Assembly: GCF_006345805.1 (NCBI RefSeq)
Contig: NC_042999.1
Location: 157,418,001 to 157,482,000, forward strand
Direction of reading: 5' to 3'
Length of the DNA stretch: 64,000 nt
Source: Octopus sinensis
Lineage: Eukaryota
Positions 12,916 through 25,365 of the stretch are shown one piece after another. Numbering within the stretch: the first letter of the stretch is position 1; every line of letters starts with the position of its first letter. The notes beneath the pieces were generated by a model. It was not told the origin of the DNA and ran no database searches. It saw nothing but the letters and a program-made list of their open reading frames with translations. A program made the position numbers and the translations under genes.

Positions 12916-13255
12916 CAAAGCAGCCAACTGGCTTCCGTACCCATGGCACGTAAAAGGGCACCATTCAAGCGTGATCATTATCCAACATCGCTTCACTGGC
13001 ACCTGTGCCGGTGGCACATGTAAAAAAAATTTGAGCGAGGTCATTGCCAGTACCGCCTGACTGGCCCCCGTGCCAGTGGCATGTAAAAAGCACCCACTAC
13101 ACTCTCGGAGTGGTTGGCGTTAGGAAGGGCATCCAGCTGTAGAAACTCTGCCAGATCAAGACTGGAGTCTAGTACAGCCATCTGGTTGCCAGCCCTCAGT
13201 CAAAATCGTCCAACCCATGCTAGCTTGGAAAACGGACGTTAAATGATGATGATGA
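12915..13255 (+). mobile_element. RTE LINE 3'UTR fragment
   Basis: Matches the 3' end of the 4440-7670 LINE; ends aaatgatgatgatg. Confidence 0.85.
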
Positions 13256-13295
13256 ATAAAGCTCATTGACTCAGTGTGTGTTTGTGTGTTTAAGG

Positions 13296-13331
<36 letters not shown>

Positions 13332-13720
13332 GCAAAGAAGAGCACTGCAAAGAAGAGAAAAGAGAATGCCAGAAAATTGTCGGAGGCTGCTGAGAAAGCA
13401 AGCTATCACATCTTGTTCAAGAGAGAGAATGAGTGGTACAAGAGCGAGCATTGAGGGTGATAGAAATATCCAGCCCAGATTCTCATCTGGCTCAACTAAC
13501 TTCGTGTTGTAGAACATGTGGCCTACATTAATGGATGACCCCAGGCAGCTCTGGTGTCACAGTGGAAGGGACATCGGAGACAGAGTACAGCAATATCCTC
13601 AGCACATTGTCCATGATGAAAAATACTCTTCCAGTAATATAATGACCTCATCTACAAAATTCATATTTTTTCCATCCAGGTGATTTTGAAGACTGTGGAA
13701 TAAATGATAATCAAATAAAA

Positions 13721-14107
13721 GTGGAGGCGCAATGGCCCAGTGGTTAGGGCAGCGGACTCGTGGTCGTAGGATCGCGGTTTCGATTCCCAGACCGGGCGTT
13801 GTGAGTGTTTATTGAGTGTAAACACCTAAATCTCCACGAGGCTCCGGCAGGGGATGGTGGTGATCCCTGCTGTACTCTTTCACCACAACTTTCTCTCACT
13901 CTTACTTCCTGTTTCTGTTGTACCTGTATTTCAAAGGGCCGGCCTTGTCACTCTCTGTGTCACGCTGAATATCCCCAAGAACTACGTTAAGGGTACACGT
14001 GTCTGTGGAATGCTCAGCCACTTACACATTAATTTCACGAGCAGGCTGTTCCGTTGATTCGGATCAACCGGAACCCTCGTCGTCGTAACCGATGGAGTGC
14101 TTCCATC
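13721..14107 (+). mobile_element. SINE family B (tail type 2)
   Basis: Head gtggaggcgcaatggcccagtggttaggg..ggtttcgattccc; body shared with the 1890 copy, different tail. Confidence 0.8.
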
Positions 14108-14290
14108 CCAATCAAATAAAAATCAAATGGAAATTGTAGTTGTGATACCTGTGCCATCCGAACTTGGCCGATGCCAGCGCCGCCTTGACTGGCTTCCATG
14201 CCAGTGGCATGTAAAAAACACCAGCCGATCATTTAGGGTGTTTACCCAAAATGTCGATCATAACTAGAGGGAAAAATAACTTGTATTTAT

Positions 14291-14705
14291 AAGGCGGTGA
14301 GCTGGCAGAGTGGTTAGCATGCCAGACAAAATGCGTAGCCGTATTTCGTCTGTCGTTAGGTTCTGAGTTCAAATTCCGCCAAGGTTGACTTTGCCTTTCA
14401 TCCTTTCGGGGTCGATAATTTAAGTACCAGTTACGCACTGGGGTTGATGTAATCGACTTAAACCGTTTGTCCTCTCTGTGTTTAGCCCCTTGTGGATAAT
14501 AAAGAAATAAGGTGGCGAGCTGGCAGAAACGTTAGCACGCCGGGCGAAATGCGTAGCCGTATTTCGTCTGTCATTAGGTTCTGAGTTCAAATTCCGCCAA
14601 GGCCGACTTGGCCTTTCATCCTTTCGGGGTCGATAAATTAAGTACCAGTTACGCACTGGGGTCGATGTAATTGACTTAAACCGTTTGTCCTTGTTTGTCC
14701 TCTCT
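14291..14705 (+). mobile_element. Two tandem copies of tRNA-derived SINE family C
   Basis: aaggcggtgagctggcagag..gagttcaaattcc..gcctttcatcctttcggggtcgataa..gtaccag at ~14291 and ~14510; further copies at ~11950 and ~51497. Confidence 0.8.
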
Positions 14706-14754
14706 GGTGTCTGGGGATAGGGGAGGGGAAGGAGAGAAAAATGTTTTTTTTTTG

Positions 14755-14960
14755 TTGTTTGTTCCTTCTCAAGCCATGTCTGGCTCATAAGGGCCAGTTT
14801 CCCGGTTTCTAGGCGTATAGGTTCCCCACCTGGAAGGGACGCCGGTCCATCGCAAGTGAGCTGCAAGATGCAGGAGGAAAGAGTGAGAGAAAGTTGTGGT
14901 GAAAGAGTCAGCAGCAGCTCCCCATTAATCTTCTGCCGGAGCCGAATGGAGCTTTACTAC
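14755..14960 (-). mobile_element. SINE family B body with tail type 3, headless
   Basis: Minus strand ctctttcaccacaactttctctcactc followed by gcgatggaccggcgtcccttccagg..gaaaccgggaaactgg. Confidence 0.65.
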
Positions 14961-15354
14961 CTTGTGGGTAGTAAAGAAATATGTATTTATAAGGCAGAAG
15001 CATAGAAATTTACTGTATTGAGTCTATTATGGACGTATTGACAACCCCACCAAATATATCTTAACGCAATAGAAATATGCTCTCAAAGCCCGGAAGACTG
15101 AGGGAGAATAACAGCTACAGGGAGTCATGTTAATGGACTGGAAATGAAAATGGATGTGTATAAGGACCAGGATTTGAATGTATACAACATGGGAACATTT
15201 GAAGTGAGGTGCTGTGGGAAGCAGTTCAGTATACAGAAAGGCCTTCTGATTCAAAGTCAAGATGGAGTTTGCAGAGTCTCAAAATCACGCAGACAATATG
15301 CATTGACAGCACCCAGAAGGCAAACCACAGTGGTATGGTCAACACACCTATAGA

Positions 15355-18300
15355 AGATAGGAAACATGTTCAGAGTATTTACCACAGATAAGAGAACATC
15401 TTCAGAGTATTTACCGCAGACAAGAGAACATGTTCAGAGTATTTACCACAGATAAGACAACATGTTCAGAGTATTTACCGCAGATAAGACAACATGTTCA
15501 GAGTATTTACCACAGATAAGACAACATGTTCAGAGTATTTACCGCAGACAAGAGAACATGTTCAGAGTATTTACCACAGACAAGAGAACATGTTCAGAGT
15601 ATTTACCACAGACAAGAGAACATGTTCAGAGTATTTACCGCAGATAAGAGAACATGTTCAGAGTATTTACCACAGACAAGACAACATGTTCAGAGTATTT
15701 ACCACAGATAAGACAACATGTTCAGAGTATTTACCGCAGACAAGAGAACATGTTCAGAGTATTTACCACAGATAAGAGAACATGTTCAGAGTATTTACCA
15801 CAGACAAGACAACATGTTCAGCGTATTTACCACAGAGAAGAGAACATGTTCAGAGTATTTACCACAGAGAAGAGAACATGTTCAGAGTATTTACCGCAGA
15901 TAAGAGAACATGTTCAGAGTATTTACCACAGATAAGAGAACATGTTCAGAGTATTTACCACAGATAAGACAACATGTTCAGAGTATTTACCGCAGATAAA
16001 AGAACATGTTCAGAGTATTTACCACAGATAAGCTAACATGTTCAGAGTATTTACCACAGATAAGAGAACATGTTCAGAGTATTTACCACAGACAAGACAA
16101 CATGTTCAGAGTATTTACCGCAGACAAGACAACATGTTCAGAGTATTTACCACAGATAAGCTAACATGTTCAGAGTATTTACCACAGATAAGAGAACATG
16201 TTCAGAGTATTTACCACAGAGAAGAGAACATGTTCAGAGTATTTACCACAGAGAAGAGAACATGTTCAGAGTATTTACCACAGAGAAGAGAACATGTTCA
16301 GAGTATTTACCACAGAGAAGAGAACATGTTCAGAGTATTTACCACAGAGAAGAGAACATGTTCAGAGTATTTACCACAGAGAAGAGAACATGTTCAGAGT
16401 ATTTACCACAGAGAAGAGAACATGTTCAGAGTATTTACCGCAGATAAGAGAACATGTTCAGAGTATTTACCACAGAGAAGAGAACATGTTCAGAGAGTAT
16501 TTACCGCAGATAAGAGAACATGTTCAGAGTATTTACCACAGATAAGAGAACATGTTCAGAGTATTTACCACAGACAAGACAACATGTTCAGAGTATTTAC
16601 CGCAGATAAGACAACATGTTCAGAGTATTTACCACAGATAAGCTAACATGTTCAGAGTATTTAACCACAGATAAGAGAACATGTTCAGAGTATTTACCAC
16701 AGATAAGACAACATGTTCAGAGTATTTACCGCAGATAAGAGAACATGTTCAGAGTATTTACCGCAGATAAGAGACATGTTCAGAGTATTTACCACAGATA
16801 AGAGAACATGTTCAGAGTATTTACCGCAGATAAGAGAACATGTTCAGAGTATTTACCACAGATAAGAGACATGTTCAGAGTATTTACCGCAGATAAGAGA
16901 ACATGTTCAGAGTATTTACCGCAGATAAGAGAACATGTTCAGAGTATTTACCGCAGATAAGAGAACATGTTCAGAGTATTTACCACAGATAAGAGAACAT
17001 GTTCAGAGTATTTACCGCAGATAAGACAACATGTTCAGAGTATTTACCACAGATAAGAGAACATGTTCAGAGTATTTACCGCAGATAAGAGAACATGTTC
17101 AGAGTATTTACCACAGATAAGAGAACATGTTCAGAGTATTTACCGCAGATAAGAGAACATGTTCAGAGTATTTACCACAGATAAGAGAACATGTTCAGAG
17201 TATTTACCACAGACAAGACAACATGTTCAGAGTATTTACCGCAGATAAGAGAACATGTTCAGAGTATTTACCACAGATAAGAGAACATGTTCAGAGTATT
17301 TACCACAGATAAGAGAACATGTTCAGAGTATTTACCACAGACAAGACAACATGTTCAGAGTATTTACCGCAGATAAGAGAACATGTTCAGAGTATTTACC
17401 ACAGATAAGAGAACATGTTCAGAGTATTTACCACAGATAAGAGAACATGTTCAGAGTATTTACCACAGACAAGACAACATGTTCAGAGTATTTACCACAG
17501 ATAAGAGAACATGTTCAGAGTATTTACCGCAGATAAGAGAACATGTTCAGAGTATTTACCACAGATAAGAGAACATGTTCAGAGTATTTACCACAGACAA
17601 GACAACATGTTCAGAGTATTTACCACAGATAAGAGAACATGTTCAGAGTATTTACCGCAGATAAGAGAACATGTTCAGAGTATTTACCACAGATAAGAGA
17701 ACATGTTCAGAGTATTTACCGCAGATAAGAGAACATGTTCAGAGTATTACCACAGATAAAGAACATGTTCAGAGTATTTACCACAGACAAGACAACATGT
17801 TCAGAGTATTTACCACAGATAAGAGAACATGTTCAGAGTATTTACCGCAGATAAGAGAACATGTTCAGAGTATTTACCACAGATAAGAGAACATGTTCAG
17901 AGTATTTACCGCAGATAAGAGAACATGTTCAGAGTATTTACCACATATAAGAGAACATGTTCAGAGTATTTACCACAGACAAGACAACATGTTCAGAGTA
18001 TTTACCACAGATAAGAGAACATGTTCAGAGTATTTACCGCAGATAAGAGAACATGTTCAGAGTATTTACCACAGATAAGAGAACATGTTCAGAGTATTTA
18101 CCACAGACAAGACAACATGTTCAGAGTATTTACCGTAGATAAGAGAACATATTCAGAGTATTTACCACAGATAAGAGAACATGTTCAGAGTATTTACCAC
18201 AGATAAGAGAACATGTTCAGAGTATTTACCGCAGATAAGACAACATGTTCAGAGTATTTACCACAGATAAGAGAACATGTTCAGAGTATTTACCGCAGAT

Positions 18301-20983
18301 AAGAGAACATGTTCAGAGTATTTACCACAGAGAAGAGAACATGTTCAGAGTATTTACCGCAGACAAGAGAACATGTTCAGAGTATTTACCGCAGACAAGA
18401 GAACATGTTCAGAGTATTTACCGCAGACAAGAGAACATGTTCAGAGTATTTACCGCAGACAAGACAACATGTTCAGAGTATTTACCGCAGATAAGAGAAC
18501 ATGTTCAGAGTATTTACGCAGACATAACAACATGTTCAGAGTATTTACCACAGATAAGAGAACATGTTCAGAGTATTTACCGCAGACATAACAACATGTT
18601 CAGAGTATTTACCACAGATAAGACAACATGTTCAGAGTATTACCACAGACAAGACAACATGTTCAGAGTATTTACCACAGATAAGAGAACATGTTCAGAG
18701 TATTTACCGCAGATAAGAGAACATGTTCAGAGTATTTACCACAGATAAGAGAACATGTTCAGAGTATTTACCACAGACAAGACAACATGTTCAGAGTATT
18801 TACCACAGATAAGAGAACATGTTCAGAGTATTTACCGCAGATAAGAGAACATGTTCAGAGTATTTACCACAGATAAGAGAACATGTTCAGAGTATTTACC
18901 GCAGATAAGAGAACATGTTCAGAGTATTTACCACAGATAAGAGAACATGTTCAGAGTATTTACCACAGACAAGACAACATGTTCAGAGTATTTACCACAG
19001 ATAAGAGAACATGTTCAGAGTATTTACCGCAGATAAGAGAACATGTTCAGAGTATTTACCACAGATAAGAGAACATGTTCAGAGTATTTACCGCAGATAA
19101 GAGAACATGTTCAGAGTATTTACCACAGATAAGAACATGTTCAGAGTATTTACCACAGACAAGACAACATGTTCAGAGTATTTACCACAGATAAGAGAAC
19201 ATGTTCAGAGTATTTACCGCGATAAGAACATGTTCAGAGTATTTACCACAGATAAGAGAACATGTTCAGAGTATTTACCACAGACAAGACAACATGTTCA
19301 GAGTATTTACCGTAGATAAGAGAACATATTCAGAGTATTTACCACAGATAAGAACATGTTCAGAGTATTTACCACAGATAAGAGAACATGTTCAGAGTAT
19401 TTACCGCAGATAAGACAACATGTTCAGAGTATTTACCACAGATAAGAGAACATGTTCAGAGTATTTACCGCAGATAAGAGAACATGTTCAGAGTATTTAC
19501 CACAGAGAAGAACATGTTCAGAGTATTTACCACCGACAGACAGAGAACATGTTCAGAGTATTTACCGCAGACAAGAACATGTTCAGAGTATTTACCGCAG
19601 ACAAGAGAACATGTTCAGAGTATTTACCGCAGACAAGAGAACATGTTCAGAGTATTTACCGCAGACAAGACAACATGTTCAGAGTATTTACCACAGATAA
19701 GAGAACATGTTCAGAGTATTTACCAGCAGAAGAGAACATGTTCAGAGTATTTACCACAGACAGACAACATGTTCAGAGTATTTACCACAGACAAGACAAC
19801 ATGTTCAGAGTATTTACCACAGATAAGAGAACATGTTCAGAGTATTTACCGCAGACAAGAGAACATGTTCAGAGTATTTTAACAGACAAGACAACATGTT
19901 CAGAGTATTTACCACAGACAAGACAACATGTTCAGAGTATTTACCACAGATAAGAGAACATGTTCAGAGTATTTACCACAGATAAGACAACATGTTCAGA
20001 GTATTTACCACAGATAAGAGAACATGTTCAGAGATTCCACAGATAAGACAACATGTTCAGAGTATTTACCACAGACAAGACAACATGTTCAGAGTATTTA
20101 CCACAGATAAGAGAACATGTTCAGAGTATTTACCACAGATAAGAGAACATGTTCAGAGTATTTACCACAGATAAGACAACATGTTCAGAGTATTTACCAC
20201 AGATAAGAGAACATGTTCAGAGTATTTACCACAGATAAGACAACATGTTCAGAGTATTTACCACAGACAAGACAACATGTTCAGAGTATTTACCACAGAT
20301 AAGAGAACATGTTCAGAGTATTTACCACAGACAAGACAACATGTTCAGAGTATTTACCACAGACAAGACAACATGTTCAGAGTATTTACCACAGATAAGA
20401 CAACATGTTCAGAGTATTTACCACAGACAAGACAACATGTTCAGAGTATTTACCACAGATAAGAGAACATGTTCAGAGTATTTACCACAGATAAGAGAAC
20501 ATGTTCAGAGTATTTACCACAGACAAGACAACATGTTCAGAGTATTTACCACAGACAAGACAACATGTTCAGAGTATTTACCACAGATAAGAGAACATGT
20601 TCAGAGTATTTACCACAGATAAGACAACATGTTCAGAGTATTTACCACAGATAAGAGAACATGTTCAGAGTATTTACCACAGACAAGACAACATGTTCAG
20701 AGTATTTACCACAGACAAGACAACATGTTCAGAGTATTTACCACAGATAAGAGAACATGTTCAGAGTATTTACCGCAGATAAGAGAACATGTTCAGAGTA
20801 TTTACCACAGACAAGACAACATGTTCAGAGTATTTACCACAGATAAGAGAACATGTTCAGAGTATTTACCGCAGACAAGAGAACATGTTCAGAGTATTTA
20901 CCACAGACAAGACAACATGTTCAGAGTATTTACCACAGACAAGACAACATGTTCAGAGTATTTACCACAGATAAGAGAACATA
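15355..20983. repeat. 32-bp satellite/minisatellite array, ~175 units, consensus GAACATGTTCAGAGTATTTACCRCAGATAAGA
   Basis: Directly visible 32-bp period over ~5.6 kb; variation concentrated at three positions (accA/Gcaga T/C/G aaga G/C aac). Confidence 0.98.
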
Positions 20984-21200
20984 TATGTGTGTGTGTTTGT
21001 GTGTCTGTGTTTGTCCCCCCCCCCACCTAACATCGCTTGACAACTGATGCTGGTGTGCTTACGTCCCTGTAACTTAGATGTTCGGCAAAAGAGACCGATA
21101 GAATAAGTCCTGGGGTCGATTTGCTTGACTAAAGGTGGTGCTCCAGCATGGTCGCAGTCAACTGACTGAAACAAGTAAAAGAGTAAGGAGTAAAAGAGAG
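20984..21200 (+). mobile_element. SINE family A 3' half abutting the satellite
   Basis: gtgtgtctgtgtttgtcccc..gactgaaacaagtaaaagag starts immediately after the last satellite unit. Confidence 0.85.
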
Positions 21201-21499
21201 TATATCAATGTGAAGGAATATGTATTACATTTGACAGAGTAATCTGAGTGCTTAAAAGGTTAAAGCTATTTTGTTTTTGAAGTATTCTTGTTAATTCATA
21301 CACTGGCATGCTTACTTGTTATGTTGCACGAGAGAAACATTCATAGGATTGACTTGATTCTAGAAAGATCTAAAAATAGTAAATAAGGAGACACCCAGAA
21401 AATTTGCAGTGCATAGATCAATGCAAGTGTGTCAAATGGCAGAATGAAATGTCACCTTTTAGTAAATAAATTAACATCTCAAGGCTTCAATCCAATTTG

Positions 21500-22052
21500 T
21501 CGCCCTTTTCAAGCCTAGCCAGGCTCATGGGCCCAGTTTCCTGGTTTCTGTGGTGTATGTGTTCCCCCCAGCTGGACGGGACACCAGTCCATCGCAAAGT
21601 TACTCAAGAAACAGGAAGAGAGAGTGAGAGAAAGTTGTGGTGAAAGAGTACAACAGGGGTCGCCACCACCCCCTGCTGGAGCCTCGTGGAGCTTTTAGGT
21701 GTTTTCGCTCAATAAAAACACACAACGCCCGGTCTGGGAATCAAAACCGCGATCCTCCGACCGCAAGTCTGCTGCCCTAACCACTGGGCCATTGCGCCTC
21801 CACTCACCCTTTTAAAAGCCTAGCCAGGCTCATGGGCCCAGTTTCCCAGTTTCAATGGCGTATGTGTTCCCCAGCTGGACGGGATGCCAGTCCATCACAG
21901 CGTTACTCATTTTTGCCAGCTGAGTGGACTGGAGCAACGTGAAATGGAGTGTTTTGTTCAAGAACACAACGCGTTGCCTGGTCCAGGAATCGAAACCACA
22001 ATCTTACGATCATGATGCTGACACCCTAACCACTAAGCCACGTGCCTCCACC
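21500..22052 (-). mobile_element. Two tandem tRNA-SINEs (family B, and a related element with a different body) sharing tail type 3
   Basis: Heads begin at ~21803 and ~22052 on the minus strand; both carry gatggactgg..cccgtccagctgggg..gaaactgggcccatgagcctggctaggc. Confidence 0.8.
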
Positions 22053-22172
22053 TGCAATCCAATGCATAGAAATAAATAAATTACAAATGATGAATGATGT
22101 AATAGAAGTAATGTAGCCTGGAACAGACAACAAAAGAAATAATACCTTATGTATTTAGTAAATCATTTGTTA

Positions 22173-22235
22173 AGCAGAGTGGTGCAGTGGAAGTGTGCTG
22201 ACTCCGTAACCATAGATCAAAACTATGTTCTGCAA
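22173..22235 (+). pseudogene. Initiator tRNA-Met pseudogene
   Basis: AGCAGAGTGGtGCAGtGGAAGtGTGCTG..TAACC then ATAGATCAAAACTATGTTCTGC resembles metazoan tRNAiMet (AGCAGAGTGGCGCAGCGGAAGCGTGCTGGGCCCATAACC..ATGGATCGAAACCATCCTCTGC), with CpG decay, a mutated anticodon and a ~9-nt deletion. Confidence 0.8.
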
Positions 22236-22277
22236 AGAAATGGATGCCATCCATTTCTTACATTTATACATCACAAC

Positions 22278-22667
22278 TGAGTTGTCTGCAAATATACTAA
22301 TCAAATATAGGTATCCACAGATGTAGGTACAAATTATATCTTGCAATAAAAATTTTGAGTTCTCTACAAATATACTAATCAAATATAGGTATCCACAGAT
22401 GTAGGTACAAATTATATCTTGCAATATAAATTTTGAGTTCTCTACAAATATACTAATCAAATATAGGTATCCACAGATGTAGGTACAAATTATATCTTGC
22501 AATAAAAATTTTGAGTTGTCTACAAATATACTAATGAAATATAGGTATCCACAGATGTAGGTACAAATTATATCTTGCAATATAAATTTTGAGTTGTCTA
22601 CAAATATACTAATCAAATATAGGTATCCACAGATGTAGGTACAAATTATATCTTGCAATAGAAATTT
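22278..22667. repeat. 78-bp tandem repeat, 5 copies
   Basis: Unit tgagttgtctacaaatatactaatcaaatataggtatccacagatgtaggtacaaattatatcttgcaat..; starts at 22278, 22356, 22434 etc. Confidence 0.95.
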
Positions 22668-23171
22668 ATACCGGGTCAAGGGGTCACCAAATAACAGGGG
22701 TTACTGCAAAATCCAAATAACATAGTGAGCAAAAACACCAGCAACAGGACTTTTTACTTAATATATAGGATGATTCCATTTTATGTCTTAGTCATTCCAA
22801 CTCGCTTACAATGAAGAAAAAAATGCCACAATCTAATTTATTCAATACTCAATTCGTGTCATGAAAATAATTTCACGCAAAAATATTGTAATGAGCAAAG
22901 TAAAACTCGTTTATCAGAAAGAAAAGATTTCTCATTAGTATGGCAATCATCTGTTGTAATCTGATGCCTTGATTTCATTTAGCACAAACATGATCTTCCA
23001 TTTTCAAATCAAATTTCTAAAATCAGCTTTAAATCCCTTAAACCATAACCCAATGAACATGCTCAGCACACTGGTATATTTACCATTATCTACTTACCAT
23101 TATATATATGACTGATATTTGTATCCCTGCCCGCTCAAGAAAATAAACATCAACCAATATTTCTAACCAAT

Positions 23172-23572
23172 AGGCGCAGGAGTGGCTGTGTGGTAAGTAG
23201 CTTGCTAACCAACCACATGGTTCCGGGTTCAGTCCCACTGCGTGGCATCTTGGGCAAGTGTCTTCTGCTATAGCCCCGGGCTGACCAAAGCCTTGTGAGT
23301 GGATTTGGTAGATGGAAACTGAAAGAAGCCCGTCGTATATATGTATGTATATATGTATATGCGTGTGTGTGTTTGTGTGTCTGTGTTTGTCCCCCTAGCA
23401 TTGCTTGACAACCGATGCTGGTGTGTTTATGTCCCCGTTACCTAGCGGTTCGGCAAAAGAGACTGATAGAATAAGTACTGGGCTTACAAAAGAATAAATC
23501 CCGGGGTCGAGTTGCTCGATTAAAAGCGGTGCTCCAGCATGGCCACAAGCAAATGACTGAAACAAGTAAAAA
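23172..23572 (+). mobile_element. SINE family A, full length
   Basis: Complete head-core-microsatellite-tail arrangement. Confidence 0.9.
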
Positions 23573-23801
23573 AAAAGATTTTTTTTAATCCACCCATACA
23601 GATAAGCAAATTTCCACATATACATTACATTAGCAAATATATTAATGACTCATTGTGATAGCTAATATTATTACACTGGACCCTATCTGAAACACACAGT
23701 CAACATATCAAAAAAAATATTCAGCAATATAGTGAATTAAAACAGTATTTTCTTTGAACTCTTATGTAACCCTCTTCCAATAAGAAATGGGAAGTTTATT
23801 G

Positions 23802-24349
23802 GGATCTTTTCCGTTTGAACGGCAGTTTCTAACATAATTTCTAGGTAACTAAAAAATGTTAAACTTCGTATACTGATAGAATGTGTTTATAAAACATCAT
23901 TTTCTCTTGGCTTTATTGAGAAAATTCTATAGTTTGTAACATATTTGTTGTATTTTTTCTTCAATTTCTGCAATTTCAACCAATCAGTGACGTCCATTGA
24001 GGTAAAAAAAAACATTCTGTGCCGTACACGGACAGTCCAACATTCGGCGTAGTGATACATATTTTCTTTAAACACAGTTCGTACTGTTCACTAACAAATA
24101 GTGCCAAAAGTGGGGATGTATTCTACACACGTATACACATAGATATGAATGTGTAACATGTCCCTCGTTTAAGAAACAGATTGGGTTTATTTATATTTGT
24201 GAAGAAAAAAAAGATACCCTTCCTCCCACCCCTAATCCTAACCCTAAAACAGATTGAAGTGCAATAGATCGATACTAGGGTCATAATTATGGGTGACAAT
24301 TTCATATGACACCGCTAGAAAAAAACTGCCCTTCAAACCGACAAGATCC
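23802..24349. mobile_element. MITE with GGATCTTTTC TIRs and internal telomere-like repeats (Merlin-like)
   Basis: GGATCTTTTCCGTTTGAACGGCAGTTT ... AAACTGCCCTTCAAACCGACAAGATCC; degenerate 8-bp TSD gtttattg/gttcgttg; internal cctaatcctaaccctaa. Confidence 0.8.
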
Positions 24350-24954
24350 GTTCGTTGAAATGACTGAACAAGTAAGTTTGGGAGAACGACTCTCGGCATT
24401 AATTGGGCTTGTAGGAAAAGTATGGTGTCACATCTGGTTTGCAGATATTATAAAAAATAAAACAAAAAAAGAGAAAAATATACCATAAAACCCCATGTAA
24501 TTTACGCCCTTTAAGGGGTGCATAAATTACATGAGTAGATCGCCGATCATTTCTAGAATTATTTTAGAAATCATTTTTTTGTTGAAAAATGACGTACAAA
24601 TGTAAACATTCAGGCGATGTTTTGCCATTCAGGCGATGTTTTGCCATTCAGGCGACAACCGAAACGTTGCCAACATTCATACAGGAAGTTGAATCATTTA
24701 ATGTCAGAATAGCTTTTTATAGAAAAAATATAATGAAGTTGACTTTTATTTATGCTGGACGGTATAACGCTTTTTTTTTTTTCTGTATAAATTTACTAAA
24801 ACCATTAAATGGTTAAATACTTTTTGAAGTTTGACGTTCATGCTGGTAATCACAATCCGGGCCATATTTTACATTGCTTGGCGTTTCTACTTATCACAAT
24901 GGAGCCCAGCAATTTCCTTAAATAAATCAGTTTTTCTCCGGTTAAGAAGTCTAG

Positions 24955-25365
24955 GGATCTTTTCGGTTTGAACGGCAATTTTTTCTAGCGGTGTCATATG
25001 AAATTGTCACCCATAATTATGACCCTAGTATCGATCTATTGAATTTCAATCTGTTTTAGGGTTAGGGTTAGTTAGGGTATCTTTTTTTCTTCACAAATGT
25101 AAATAAACCCAATCTGTTTCTTAAACGAGGGACATATTTATACGGCACAGAATGTTTTTTTTTTACCTCAATAGACGTCACTGATTGGTTGAAATTGCAG
25201 AAATTGAAGAAAAAAAACAACAAATATCTTACAAACTATAGAATGTTCTCAATAAAACCAAGAGAAAAAGATGTTTTAAAACACATTCTACCAGTATACG
25301 CAGTTTAAAATTTTTTAGTTACCTACAAATTATGTTAAAAACTGCCAATCAAACCGAAAAGATCT
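24955..25365. mobile_element. Merlin-like MITE, inverted relative to the 23802 copy
   Basis: Perfect 9-bp TSD GAAGTCTAG on both sides; TIR GGATCTTTTCGGTTTGA; internal ttagggttagggttagttaggg. Confidence 0.88.

Noticed and set aside
15355-20983. CRISPR-like appearance (32-bp repeat with a palindrome)
   Set aside because: Units are head-to-tail with no unique spacers, there are no cas genes, and the context is eukaryotic.
15462-21047. Dozens of ORFs with repeating MFRVFTTDKRTCSEYLPQ.. peptides, vaguely zinc-finger-like
   Set aside because: Translation artefact of a 32-bp unit cycling through three frames, with frequent TAA stops and no true C2H2 spacing.
22170-22679. 169-aa hydrophobic repeat ORF
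   Set aside because: Open only because the 78-bp unit is a multiple of 3; no splice signals or homology recognised.
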